From assembly GCA_947630705.1 (NCBI GenBank), contig CANRIK010000002.1:87524-151523 (forward strand): a stretch of DNA of 64,000 bases, written 5' to 3'. This document shows, piece after piece, positions 37,352 to 46,320 of this stretch. The notes below the pieces were generated by a model. It saw only the letters and a list, made by a program, of their open reading frames with translations. It searched no databases and was not told the origin of the DNA. Both the position numbers and the translations under genes were made by a program. Source of the stretch: an uncultured Clostridia bacterium (GTDB lineage Bacteria; Bacillota; Clostridia; Christensenellales; Borkfalkiaceae). The stretch's first letter is position 1. Each line of letters opens with the position of its first letter.

Positions 37352-39253
37352 GTGAGCGGAATGACAGTAGAACAATTACGTAAAATTGCCGCCGAAAAAG
37401 CGGATTTGATCAGAGTGCGCAGAATCGTGCGCGAGCAGGCCGAAAAACTTGCGCCCCGGACAGGTTACAGAAAGCAGGTTCTTGTCTGCGGAGGCACGGG
37501 CTGTACTTCTTCGCACTCCCTGCAAGTAATAGAACAGCTCGAAAAGAGCTTCAAGGAATTGGGTATCGACGATATTCTCATAGTAAAGACGGGCTGTTTC
37601 GGTCTGTGCGCGCTCGGTCCCATAATGATAGTGTATCCCGAGGGCGCGTTCTATTCGCAGATGACCCCCGAGCACGCGAAAACAGTTGCCGAAAAGCACC
37701 TCGTAAAGGGCGGTTCCATAGTTAAGGAGCTGTTATACGCCGACACCGTTCACGAGGACGGCTCGGTTATTCCCTTTGCGGAGATACCCTTCTATAAGCA
37801 TCAGATGAGAATAGCTCTCCGCAACTGCGGCGTAATAGCTGCGGAGGACATAACCGAGGCCATAGCCGCCGGAGATTATTCGGCGCTTGCCAAGGTGCTC
37901 ACGGAGATGACTCCCGAAGAGGTAATTTCCGAAATCAAGGCGTCCGGTCTGCGCGGCAGAGGCGGCGCCGGCTTCCCTACGGGTCTCAAATGGCAGTTTA
38001 CGAGGGACGCAAAGGGTGAAAAGAAATATGTTTGCTGTAACGCCGACGAGGGCGACCCGGGCGCGTTCATGGACCGTTCGGTACTCGAAGGCGACCCTCA
38101 TACCGTGCTCGAAGCTATGTCGATAGCCGGCTATGCCGTGGGCGCCGACGAGGGATATATTTACGTGCGTGCGGAGTATCCCATCGCCGTCCAGAGACTG
38201 AACATTGCCATAAAGCAGGCGAGAGAACTCGGGCTTCTCGGCAAGAATATCTTCGGCACGGGCTTCAACTTCGACATACACATACGTCTCGGCGCGGGCG
38301 CGTTCGTCTGCGGCGAAGAGACGGCGCTCATGGCTTCCATAGAGGGCAAGAGGGGCGAACCCAGACCCCGTCCTCCCTTCTCCGCACAGTGCGGAGTATT
38401 CGGTAAGCCCACCGTTTTGAACAATGTGGAGACGTGGGCTTCGGTAAATCCCATTATCCTCAAAGGCAGCGAGTGGTTCTCGTCGATAGGCACCGAAAAG
38501 AGCAAGGGCACGAAAGTGTTCGCCGTCGGCGGAAAAATCAAGAACGTAGGACTTGTGGAAGTGCCCATGGGCACGAAATTGGGAACTATCATCTATGAGA
38601 TAGGCGGAGGTATCCCCGGCGGCAAGAAATTCAAGGCCGCGCAGACGGGCGGACCTTCGGGCGGATGCATTCCGGCTAAATACATAGATATAGGAATGGA
38701 TTTCGACAATCTCGTCGCGATAGGCTCCATGATGGGAAGCGGCGGACTCATAGTAATGGACGAGGACACCTGTATGGTGGATATCGCCAAATTCTACCTC
38801 GAATTTACGGCGGACGAGAGCTGCGGCAAGTGCACGCCGTGCAGAGTGGGTACGAAGAGACTGCTCGAAACGCTTGAAAAGATAACGTCCGGCAAGGGCG
38901 AGCCCGAGGACCTCGTTAAAATCAGGGAAATTGCAGAGCATATGAAGAGCTCTTCGCTCTGCGCCCTCGGTCAGTCGGCTCCCAATCCCGTTCTCTCCGC
39001 AATGGAGCACTTCGGAGACGAATACGAGGCGCACATAAAGGAAAAGAGATGTCCCGCCGGCGTTTGCAAGTCTCTCCTGAATTATTATATCGACCCCGAC
39101 AAGTGCCGCGGTTGCACGATGTGCGCGAGAAATTGTCCGGCCGGAGCAATAACCGGCGTGGTCAAGGGCGTGCACGAGATAGATACCTCGAAGTGCATCA
39201 AGTGCGGACAGTGTATGGCCAACTGCAAGTTCGGCGCAATCTATAAAAAGTGA
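37352..39253 (+). CDS. NuoF-like NADH/FMN-binding subunit (HydB)
   Basis: GLRGRGGAGFPTG FMN/NAD site, ESCGKCTPCR 4Fe-4S motif, N-terminal 2Fe-2S domain and two C-terminal ferredoxin-type 4Fe-4S motifs. Confidence 0.9.
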   Translation: MSGMTVEQLRKIAAEKADLIRVRRIVREQAEKLAPRTGYRKQVLVCGGTGCTSSHSLQVIEQLEKSFKELGIDDILIVKTGCFGLCALGPIMIVYPEGAFYSQMTPEHAKTVAEKHLVKGGSIVKELLYADTVHEDGSVIPFAEIPFYKHQMRIALRNCGVIAAEDITEAIAAGDYSALAKVLTEMTPEEVISEIKASGLRGRGGAGFPTGLKWQFTRDAKGEKKYVCCNADEGDPGAFMDRSVLEGDPHTVLEAMSIAGYAVGADEGYIYVRAEYPIAVQRLNIAIKQARELGLLGKNIFGTGFNFDIHIRLGAGAFVCGEETALMASIEGKRGEPRPRPPFSAQCGVFGKPTVLNNVETWASVNPIILKGSEWFSSIGTEKSKGTKVFAVGGKIKNVGLVEVPMGTKLGTIIYEIGGGIPGGKKFKAAQTGGPSGGCIPAKYIDIGMDFDNLVAIGSMMGSGGLIVMDEDTCMVDIAKFYLEFTADESCGKCTPCRVGTKRLLETLEKITSGKGEPEDLVKIREIAEHMKSSSLCALGQSAPNPVLSAMEHFGDEYEAHIKEKRCPAGVCKSLLNYYIDPDKCRGCTMCARNCPAGAITGVVKGVHEIDTSKCIKCGQCMANCKFGAIYKK

Positions 39254-39254
39254 G

Positions 39255-40979
39255 GTGAGAGCTATGGTAAATCTTAAAATCAACGGAATACCCGTAAGCG
39301 TTCCCGAGGGTTCTACAATTCTGGAAGCGGCAAAACTTGCCAATATCCGCATACCCACGCTCTGCTACCTTAAAGACGTGCAGTGCGTAGGCTCGTGCCG
39401 CATGTGCCTTGTTGAGGCTACCGGCGCGCGCGGCCTTGTCGCGGCGTGCGTATATCCCGTTTCGGAGGGAATGGAAGTTCGGACCAATACTCCGAAAGTG
39501 AGAAAATCCAGAAAGACCACCGTGGAACTGATACTTTCCACGCATAAGAAGAAATGTTTGAGCTGCGTCCGCTCCATGAACTGTGAATTGCAGAAGCTGG
39601 CGCTCGAATACAATGCGGAAGAGGACCGCTTCGGAACGGATCACGATCTGAAACCGATAGACGACCTTTCGCCTTCCGTAGTCCGCGACAACAGCAAGTG
39701 CGTAATGTGCACGCGTTGCGTGGCGGCTTGCGCAAAGCAGACGATAGGCGTAATAGGTCCCAAGAACAGGGGCTATGCCAAGGTCATAGGTTCTCCTTTC
39801 GACGTATCTTTGGCGCATACGTCTTGCGTAAACTGCGGTCAGTGCGTAGTCGCCTGTCCCGTCGGCGCGCTCTATGAAAAGAGCGACGTCGCGAACGTAT
39901 GGGGAGCCATAGTCAATCCCGAAAAACACGTAGTGTTCTTTACGGCGCCCTCGATAAAAGCCACTCTCGGCGAAGCGTTCGGTCTGCCCGTTGGCACCAA
40001 CGTGGAGGGCAAAATGGTTGCCGCCATAAAGCAACTCGGCGACGTGCAGTGCTTCAATATGGACCTTACCGCCGACCTCACTATAATGGAGGAGGCGAAC
40101 GAGCTCCTTTCGAGAATAATGAAGGGCGGAAAGCTCCCCATGTTTACGAGCTGCTGTCCCGGTTGGGTGAAGTTTGCGGAGCATTACTATCCCGAAATTC
40201 TCCCCAACGTATCCACCTGCAAGTCTCCGCAGGAGATGTTCTCGGCGGTACTCAAAACTTATTACTGCGAAAAGAACAACATAAAGCCCGAGGACCTCTT
40301 CGTCGTTTCGGTCATTCCCTGCACTGCGAAGAAGTTTGAAATCACTCGCGACGAGATAGGCCATTACACGGACGCGGCCATAACTACCCGCGAACTCGCC
40401 AAAATGATAAAGGAGGCGCATATCGACTTTGCCAACATTCCAGAAGCCGAATACGACGCGCCTTTCGGAGAGGCGAGCGGCGCCGGCATAATTTTCGGCG
40501 CAACGGGCGGCGTAATGGAGGCGGCGTTGAGAACGGCGGCCCATGAGTTGGGCGGAGACGGAGCTCCTCTCGAATTCAAGGAAGTCCGCGGCACCGAGGG
40601 CATAAAGGAGGCCGAATACACTCTGGGCGGCTCCAAAGTAAAGGTTGCCGTAGCCAACGGTCTCGGCAATGCGAGGAAGGTGATAGAGCAGATAAAGAGC
40701 GGCGAGAAGGACTACACTTTCGTGGAAGTTATGGCGTGCCCGGGCGGCTGTATAAACGGCGGCGGACAGCCCTATGTTCACGACGAGATCCGCAACAGCG
40801 TAGACTTGAAGGCTCTGCGCGCCAAGGCTCTTTACGACGCGGATAAGGCAAATAAGATTCGTTGCTCGCACGAAAACACCGCCGTCGATACTCTCTATAA
40901 GGAGTACTTCGGCAAGCCTCTTTCGCACAAGGCTCACGAACTTTTGCACACCGAGTATCATCAGAGAAATAAGTATTGA
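39255..40979 (+). CDS. hydA: [FeFe] hydrogenase catalytic subunit (HydA)
   Basis: N-terminal 2Fe-2S and 4Fe-4S domains. H-cluster motifs FTSCCPGW, IPCTAKK, MACPGGCINGGGQP. Confidence 0.93.
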   Translation: MRAMVNLKINGIPVSVPEGSTILEAAKLANIRIPTLCYLKDVQCVGSCRMCLVEATGARGLVAACVYPVSEGMEVRTNTPKVRKSRKTTVELILSTHKKKCLSCVRSMNCELQKLALEYNAEEDRFGTDHDLKPIDDLSPSVVRDNSKCVMCTRCVAACAKQTIGVIGPKNRGYAKVIGSPFDVSLAHTSCVNCGQCVVACPVGALYEKSDVANVWGAIVNPEKHVVFFTAPSIKATLGEAFGLPVGTNVEGKMVAAIKQLGDVQCFNMDLTADLTIMEEANELLSRIMKGGKLPMFTSCCPGWVKFAEHYYPEILPNVSTCKSPQEMFSAVLKTYYCEKNNIKPEDLFVVSVIPCTAKKFEITRDEIGHYTDAAITTRELAKMIKEAHIDFANIPEAEYDAPFGEASGAGIIFGATGGVMEAALRTAAHELGGDGAPLEFKEVRGTEGIKEAEYTLGGSKVKVAVANGLGNARKVIEQIKSGEKDYTFVEVMACPGGCINGGGQPYVHDEIRNSVDLKALRAKALYDADKANKIRCSHENTAVDTLYKEYFGKPLSHKAHELLHTEYHQRNKY

Positions 40980-40994
40980 TAGCTTTGTAAAGTC

Positions 40995-41039
40995 AAAGGG
41001 CGCCTCTCTTCCGATAATGTGTGGAAGAGAGGCGCCTTT
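40995..41039 (+). terminator. intrinsic terminator after hydA
   Basis: AAAGGGCGCCTCTCTTCC-loop-GGAAGAGAGGCGCCTTT. Confidence 0.8.
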
Positions 41040-41052
41040 AACTGTCCCTAAT

Positions 41053-41277
41053 CGCATATAAACTTCGTTCTGCATTGTCGCGCTGCGGCTCTCCTCGGTC
41101 GCGTACGTCAAAAGTACGCTCCCCACGGAAGAGGCCTCGCGCTCCTCGCATAACTCGTTTCTATGCGATTACGAAAATATGTTCTGCCATGTCGCGTTTC
41201 GGCTCTCCTCGGCCGCGTACGTCAAAAGTACGCTCCCCACGGAAGAGGCCTCGCGCTCCTCGCGCGGCTCGTTTTTT
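41053..41277 (+). repeat. tandem pair of a structured ~114-bp hairpin repeat (family shared with 21298-21510)
   Basis: Units anchored by TGTCGCG at 41076 and 41190. Core is GGCTCTCCTCGG(T/C)CGCGTAC-GTCAAAA-GTACGCTCCCCACGGAAGAGGCCTCGCGC. Track ORFs 41075-41281 and 41179-41388 are artefacts of the repeat. Confidence 0.85.
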
Positions 41278-41500
41278 ATGAAGTTGCGAAAAATGTTCCG
41301 TAAGTCAGGCGAATTTGTATTCTGCCGTCGGCCCGTGGGGATTGGAAATTCGGATTTTTATGAAAGTCTTATAAGATATCCCGTGTAAATATATCCATGG
41401 CTTGACAGAATGTGATATAATGATTATATAAGTATATGTATGAATATGCGGCTTAAAACCGCGTCAAACGGATAGACGAAAAAGGTAAAGGGAGACAAAA

Positions 41501-42643
41501 ATGAAAAAGAAAGACAAAGAGGCCGTTGTAAAGCGCGTGGCAGAACAGGCCGAAGCTCAACAGGAGATAAACGCGCGAATCAAGGCCGAAGCCGCCGCCT
41601 CGGAAGCCGCGGAAACCAAAGGTCGTGGGAAAAAGACGGTGGACCCCTCGAAGATGACCATATACGAGTATGAACAGCGCTATGTAAAGAGGGAAAACAC
41701 AAAGGGAGCCAAACTGTTTTTGGGGTTCTTTGCCGGAGTTATAGGCGTGTTTTTGTTCGTTGTACTTCTTTTGGTATTTTTAAAGGTATACGACATAAAC
41801 GAGTATATCGGCTACGGAGTCGGAGCGGTGTGTCTGCTCATATACATATTCGTGTTCATAGTTCCGCTTGTAAAGATTCTGCGGACGGGTTATTTTATCA
41901 CCAACGTAAACGCATACACGGCGCGCAAGGCGCAGAGGCACAATAAGAAACTTCGCCGCGATATCTCCAAAAAGATAATAGATCTGACCGCCAAGGTGGA
42001 CGGCGCAGGTTGGTACGACGCCGAAACGGTCGGCAAACTTGCCATATCGTTGAACGCCGGCGACGAGGAGGGGGTCAAAGCCAACCTCACGGCTCTGTAT
42101 AACGGTTCGGTTAAAAAGTCGGCAAAACAGCTCATTTTCAAGGCGTCCCTGAAATCCGCAATGTATTCGGCTCTGTCGCAGACTTCGAAAATAGATTCCG
42201 CGCTTGTGGTATTCGTGAACATGCAGTTGATAAAAGACCTCGTGTTCCTCTACGGGTTCCGTCCCTCCGACGCCAAACTCGCAAAGATATTTTTCAGAGT
42301 CATACAGAACGCGCTCATTGCATACGGTTTGGGCGGAATGCAGATAGGAAACAGCGTGGTAAGGACCATGGGAGACGCTGTAAAGGGAATACCCATACTC
42401 GGGTCGGCGATAGCCGCGCTTGTGGACAGCTCCGTTCAGGGACTGACAAACGGCACGCTCACGACGGTTATAGGCTATCAGACTCTTCGCTATATGAACG
42501 ACGAATACAAGTTGCAGAATATTTTGGACGGAATAGAAGTGGCCGAAACGCAGGAAGAATTTCAAGAGGCTTGCGCCGAACTTGAAAAGGAGCTCAAAAA
42601 GGAGGGCCGCAGAGGTAAAAAAGCTCTTGCGCCGGCCGTGTGA
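41501..42643 (+). CDS. YcjF/DUF697-like membrane protein
   Basis: Charged N-terminus, two TM helices, then a C-terminal block (IDSALVVFVNMQLIKDLVFLYGF...LAKIFFRVI...GLGG) that aligns with my recollection of E. coli YcjF. Confidence 0.6.
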   Translation: MKKKDKEAVVKRVAEQAEAQQEINARIKAEAAASEAAETKGRGKKTVDPSKMTIYEYEQRYVKRENTKGAKLFLGFFAGVIGVFLFVVLLLVFLKVYDINEYIGYGVGAVCLLIYIFVFIVPLVKILRTGYFITNVNAYTARKAQRHNKKLRRDISKKIIDLTAKVDGAGWYDAETVGKLAISLNAGDEEGVKANLTALYNGSVKKSAKQLIFKASLKSAMYSALSQTSKIDSALVVFVNMQLIKDLVFLYGFRPSDAKLAKIFFRVIQNALIAYGLGGMQIGNSVVRTMGDAVKGIPILGSAIAALVDSSVQGLTNGTLTTVIGYQTLRYMNDEYKLQNILDGIEVAETQEEFQEACAELEKELKKEGRRGKKALAPAV

Positions 42644-42672
42644 CGTATATATATCGGATCAATTTGAATGGT

Positions 42673-42710
42673 AAAACGGCGGCGCGCCCATCTGGGCGCG
42701 CCGCCGTTTT
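42673..42710. terminator. bidirectional terminator
   Basis: AAAACGGCGGCGCGCCCA-tc-TGGGCGCGCCGCCGTTTT. Confidence 0.85.
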
Positions 42711-42722
42711 GAAGTCAGTCCG

Positions 42723-43736
42723 TTATTCCATTGCTTTGCAGATGAGATTGTAGTTGTAATCGAAACACTTTTCTCTGTCTCTGAATACTTCAAATACCCA
42801 GTAGACGGCTATTACGGTGAGGTCTATTCCCAACAGCGTCGCGAACAATGCGTACAGTATTCCGGAAGTAGTCTGCCAACCGAACATTTTGTCTTTCGTA
42901 CGGGTATTCAAATCCTTGATTGCCGCAGACATATCGTTCAGGTTCTGGCCGATTTTTTCGAGCGAGGTCTGGTTTTTCAAGCCGTCGCCGGAGCTTTTGG
43001 AAGCTATGTCACGAGACAAATCGTAGTACTTGCGCAACGCTTCGGTTATGCCGAGTTCCTCATCGGCTTTTCCCTTGGGAGTTTCTTCCATGTAATTCAA
43101 AAGAGCGCTTTCGGCTTGCCCGTCGGGTTGCTCGTCTGTGTAATATTGCAAGAGAGTTCCGGCGGTGTCGGAGCAGACAAGGTATATTGCCTTTTCGAAT
43201 ATAGGCGTATCCGTCAGTTCCGTCGAGCCCTTTTTCACGAGGTCGAGAGCGCTGTTGAATACAGAGGCCGCTCTGCTGATATTTTCGGTTAAGCCGCGGT
43301 CGTAAAGTACGTTGTCGTCGTCGGAAGTAGTATCGGTATTGCCGCTCAAACTGTATTCGTATCTGAAATCCGACAGACTTTCCGTTTTGCAGATTGAAAA
43401 GTCAAGGTAATGTTGACATTGGTCTCCGTAGTTTTTATACATGGGAGCCAGCCAGAAAAGGAAGATCATTCCCAGCGTAAAAGGAACGATGACGTTGAAA
43501 ACTACCTTGCAAACGCCCCTCTTGATTTGACCGAGATAGAAACTTCCGCCGCCGAACAGCCCGAAAATCGCGGACAGCAAAACGGTTTTACCCACGCTTT
43601 TCGTCGCTGTCTCCTGTATTTGCTTGACTCGTTCGTCGGAAACCGATTGGAGTTTTTCTTCGAGCTTGTCCGCCTGTTTCGGCGAAATATCCCCTTTGAA
43701 CTTCTCCGAACACAGCCTTGTGTTTTCGTTATTCAT
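42723..43736 (-). CDS. TM2-domain membrane protein with a large extracytoplasmic domain
   Basis: LSAIFGLFGGGSFYLGQIKRGVCKV is TM2-domain-like. It is followed by a soluble region of about 200 aa and a C-terminal TM helix. Confidence 0.6.
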   Translation of the reverse strand: MNNENTRLCSEKFKGDISPKQADKLEEKLQSVSDERVKQIQETATKSVGKTVLLSAIFGLFGGGSFYLGQIKRGVCKVVFNVIVPFTLGMIFLFWLAPMYKNYGDQCQHYLDFSICKTESLSDFRYEYSLSGNTDTTSDDDNVLYDRGLTENISRAASVFNSALDLVKKGSTELTDTPIFEKAIYLVCSDTAGTLLQYYTDEQPDGQAESALLNYMEETPKGKADEELGITEALRKYYDLSRDIASKSSGDGLKNQTSLEKIGQNLNDMSAAIKDLNTRTKDKMFGWQTTSGILYALFATLLGIDLTVIAVYWVFEVFRDREKCFDYNYNLICKAME

Positions 43737-43898
43737 AATTTTCCCCCGAATAGAATAATTTTGTGATTAGAAAACTTAATCATATGACCATTATATAACT
43801 AAATAATCTAATAAGTCAAGCCCTTTGATTAAAAAATTTAATATAATTTGTCCGTAAATGGCAATAGTTAAGCGAGAAACTGTTCCATCGGAGAAAAA

Positions 43899-44213
43899 AT
43901 GATTAGATTATTTGAATTGAGAACGGAAAAGGAATTATCCCAGCGCAGCGTTGCGAAGATTATGAATGTCAGTCAAGGCACATATAATAATTGGGAAAAT
44001 TCAAACACGCAGCCGTCCATTGAACAGCTCATCGCGCTTGCAAATTTTTTCGGGGTTTCGGTCGATTATCTTATAGGGTATTCGGACAGTTCGGAATCCG
44101 ATAAAAATTATCTGACCGAAAGACAGCGCGAGATATTGAAACTGACATACGGCGCCGATCCGAAATTGCAGGACGCGGTTATAACAATTTTAAGCTCACG
44201 TACGGACAAATAA
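43899..44213 (+). CDS. XRE-family HTH transcriptional regulator
   Basis: LRTEKELSQRSVAKIMNVSQGTYNNWENSNTQPSIEQLIALANFFGVSVDYLIG. Confidence 0.85.
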   Translation: MIRLFELRTEKELSQRSVAKIMNVSQGTYNNWENSNTQPSIEQLIALANFFGVSVDYLIGYSDSSESDKNYLTERQREILKLTYGADPKLQDAVITILSSRTDK

Positions 44214-44215
44214 AT

Positions 44216-44250
44216 AACGGCGGTGGCGCGAGAGGTCGCGCCGCCGCCGT
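44216..44250. terminator. terminator between convergent genes
   Basis: AACGGCGGTGGCGCGA-gag-GTCGCGCCGCCGTTTT. Confidence 0.7.
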
Positions 44251-44295
44251 TTTGCGGATACGTGTTGAGTTTTTATAATAAAATCAAATATATAT

Positions 44296-44781
44296 TCAGC
44301 GTTTGCATCTGTTTTCGAGGTCTTTTTTCACGTATACTTTGCAGTCGAGTTCGTCGTTGTATTCGTCGGTGGGGACATAGCCGCAGTGCTCGAAGAATTG
44401 CTCGCTTCCCTCGCAGGGGAGAGCATAGCTCTTATCCGCGCCGCTTTCGCGCAGTTTCATCTCCGCGGTATAGAGCAGGAACTTTCCGACGCCATCGCGC
44501 CGTCTTTGAGGCGTAACGTAGATTTCGCGGATGTCGCCCCAGCCCTCTTTGAAGTTCCAGTCGTTGTCGATATCGTCTTTCTGATATATTACGAAGCCGG
44601 AAAGTGTGCCATCGCAGCGCAAAACGTCTATTTTTATCAAACCGGCCAGAAGGTCGGGCAGAATGTATTCCGAGAGCAGGTGTTTGCAGTCGTCGTCGCA
44701 GCCGAGTTCGGCATAGTAGTCGGTGAAAAGTTTTTCGAAATCCGCCCAACAGTCGTCGCGGAGAGGTGAAACCTGTAACAT
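44296..44781 (-). CDS. GNAT-family N-acetyltransferase
   Basis: 161 aa. Acetyl-CoA motif A TPQRRRDGVGKFLL. Confidence 0.85.
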   Translation of the reverse strand: MLQVSPLRDDCWADFEKLFTDYYAELGCDDDCKHLLSEYILPDLLAGLIKIDVLRCDGTLSGFVIYQKDDIDNDWNFKEGWGDIREIYVTPQRRRDGVGKFLLYTAEMKLRESGADKSYALPCEGSEQFFEHCGYVPTDEYNDELDCKVYVKKDLENRCKR

Positions 44782-44795
44782 AACCGTTCCTTCCT

Positions 44796-44825
44796 AAAAT
44801 TAAAGCGGAAGCCCGAAGCCTCCGC
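44796..44825 (-). terminator. intrinsic terminator after rpmA
   Basis: On the minus strand: GCGGAGGCTTCGGGCTTCCGC followed by TTTAATTTT. Confidence 0.7.
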
Positions 44826-44836
44826 CTGAATTTGTA

Positions 44837-45130
44837 TTATTCGGCAACCTTTTTTTCCGCAACGGGATAAATGGAAACCTGTTTGCCGTCTTTGCCCACT
44901 CTTTCAAATCTGACTACGCCGTCGATGAGAGCAAAGAGCGTATCGTCTTTGCCTATGCCGACGTTGTTGCCGGGCTTGAATTTACTGCCGCGCTGTCTGA
45001 CGAGAATGTTTCCCGCGAGCACGACCTGACCGTCCGAACGCTTTACGCCGAGGCGTTTGGCGTTACTGTCTCTGCCGTTGTGCGACGAGCCGGTACCTTT
45101 CTTATGGGCGAATAAACGTAAAAATAACAT
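44837..45130 (-). CDS. rpmA: 50S ribosomal protein L27 with N-terminal pro-peptide
   Basis: [30 protein letters not shown]... The L27 core is preceded by a 7-aa Firmicutes-type extension. Confidence 0.95.
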   Translation of the reverse strand: MLFLRLFAHKKGTGSSHNGRDSNAKRLGVKRSDGQVVLAGNILVRQRGSKFKPGNNVGIGKDDTLFALIDGVVRFERVGKDGKQVSIYPVAEKKVAE

Positions 45131-45151
45131 ATTTTTATTCCTCCTTGAAAA

Positions 45152-45517
45152 TTACTCTGCCGCAGCTTCGGCAGCTTCCGCTTTTTTGGCTTTCTGCGGC
45201 TTCTTTGCAGCCGTCGCGCCTATTGACGTTATCTTTATTTGGGTGTAGGGCTGTCTGTGTCCCTGCTTCTTTCTCTCGTTTTTCTTGGCCTTGTATTTGA
45301 AGACGATTATCTTCTTTTCCTTGCCCTGCAAAACGACTTCGGCAGTGACTTTTACGTTTTTAACTTCGGCGCCGACCTGAATACCCTTTTCATCTGCCGT
45401 CAAAATGACGGGGAATTCCACGGTCTTGCCTACTTCCGCGTCGAGCTTTTCGACTTTAATGACGTCGCCGACGCTCACTTTGTACTGTTTGCTGCCGTTT
45501 TCAAAAATAGCATACAT
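45152..45517 (-). CDS. rplU: 50S ribosomal protein L21
   Basis: [25 protein letters not shown]... plus an Ala/Lys-rich C-tail. RBS GAGGAGG. Confidence 0.95.
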   Translation of the reverse strand: MYAIFENGSKQYKVSVGDVIKVEKLDAEVGKTVEFPVILTADEKGIQVGAEVKNVKVTAEVVLQGKEKKIIVFKYKAKKNERKKQGHRQPYTQIKITSIGATAAKKPQKAKKAEAAEAAAE

Positions 45518-45755
45518 TTAAAATACCTCCTCTAAACCAGTCTCGCCGGATACGATATATCCAAAGGATTAGGCGGCGCAGGGCGCACTTAAAAAAGCCC
45601 GTTCCGAGCGGCTCGGATTATAATTTAACATACCTTTTTGCATAAGTCAAGCGTTTTTTGCGGACTTTGCGAATAGTTTTGCGCCGATTATTCATAATAA
45701 ATCTGACCGGCGAAGCACAATGCTACGTAAAAAAGGTTGTTGAAAAGGAGATATT

Positions 45756-46208
45756 ATGGACGTAAACAAGCACGACGTAAAAAAGGACAGCGAGGTGCTG
45801 GCTGAAATTTATCGCAACGCGCAACTTGCGCTTACTTCGATTTCGGATATATTGCCGCAGGTTGACGACGAAGAGATACGTAACGAAATAATCCGCGAGC
45901 ACGACGAGTACGAGAGAATAAGCGGCGAGGCGGCCGGCCTTGCCGAAAAGTACGGTCTGGAATTGAAGGAACCCGGCGCCGTAAAAAAGGCTATGATGAA
46001 TATGGGTATAAAAATGAACACGGCAAACGACAATTCCCGTAATCATATCGCCGAAATGATGATAAAGGGCACGGTGAACGGTATAACCTGTCTCAAAACC
46101 ACGCTGTCGGAGGCGGAGCACGTCATGGACGACGAGATAAAGAGGCTTCTGACCGATCTTATAACTTTGGAAGAGAGTTTCGAGACTAAATTAAAAGAAT
46201 ATCTGTGA
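45756..46208 (+). CDS. hypothetical helical protein
   Basis: 150-aa ORF, RBS AAGGAG. Predicted all-helical. No family recognised with confidence. Confidence 0.55.
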   Translation: MDVNKHDVKKDSEVLAEIYRNAQLALTSISDILPQVDDEEIRNEIIREHDEYERISGEAAGLAEKYGLELKEPGAVKKAMMNMGIKMNTANDNSRNHIAEMMIKGTVNGITCLKTTLSEAEHVMDDEIKRLLTDLITLEESFETKLKEYL

Positions 46209-46236
46209 TAGACCGATGTGTTTAAGGTTTTTAAAA

Positions 46237-46271
46237 AAGACGTCCGCGCGGCTCTGCCGCGCGGACGTCTT
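46237..46271. terminator. bidirectional terminator
   Basis: AAGACGTCCGCGCGGC-tct-GCCGCGCGGACGTCTT flanked by an A-run and GCGTTT. Confidence 0.8.
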
Positions 46272-46320
46272 GCGTTTCAGCTGTATATGGTTGCTCTTTG
46301 TCCGTAAAAATCGACGTTCT

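Noticed and set aside
37733-41126. Two long minus-strand ORFs (541 and 642 aa)
   Set aside because: They lie antisense to hydB and hydA, whose Fe-S and H-cluster motifs are clear.
41075-41388. ORFs of 68-69 aa with internally repeated RSPRKRPRAPR sequence
   Set aside because: They are translations of the tandem hairpin repeat. There is no SD, and the repetition is at the DNA level.
45518-45755. Ribosomal-protein L21 leader RNA upstream of rplU
   Set aside because: The minus-strand leader contains hairpins (CCGAG-CCG-CTCGG, then GGGCTTTTTT) and a plausible promoter. I cannot match it to the L21-leader model by eye. It needs a cmsearch.
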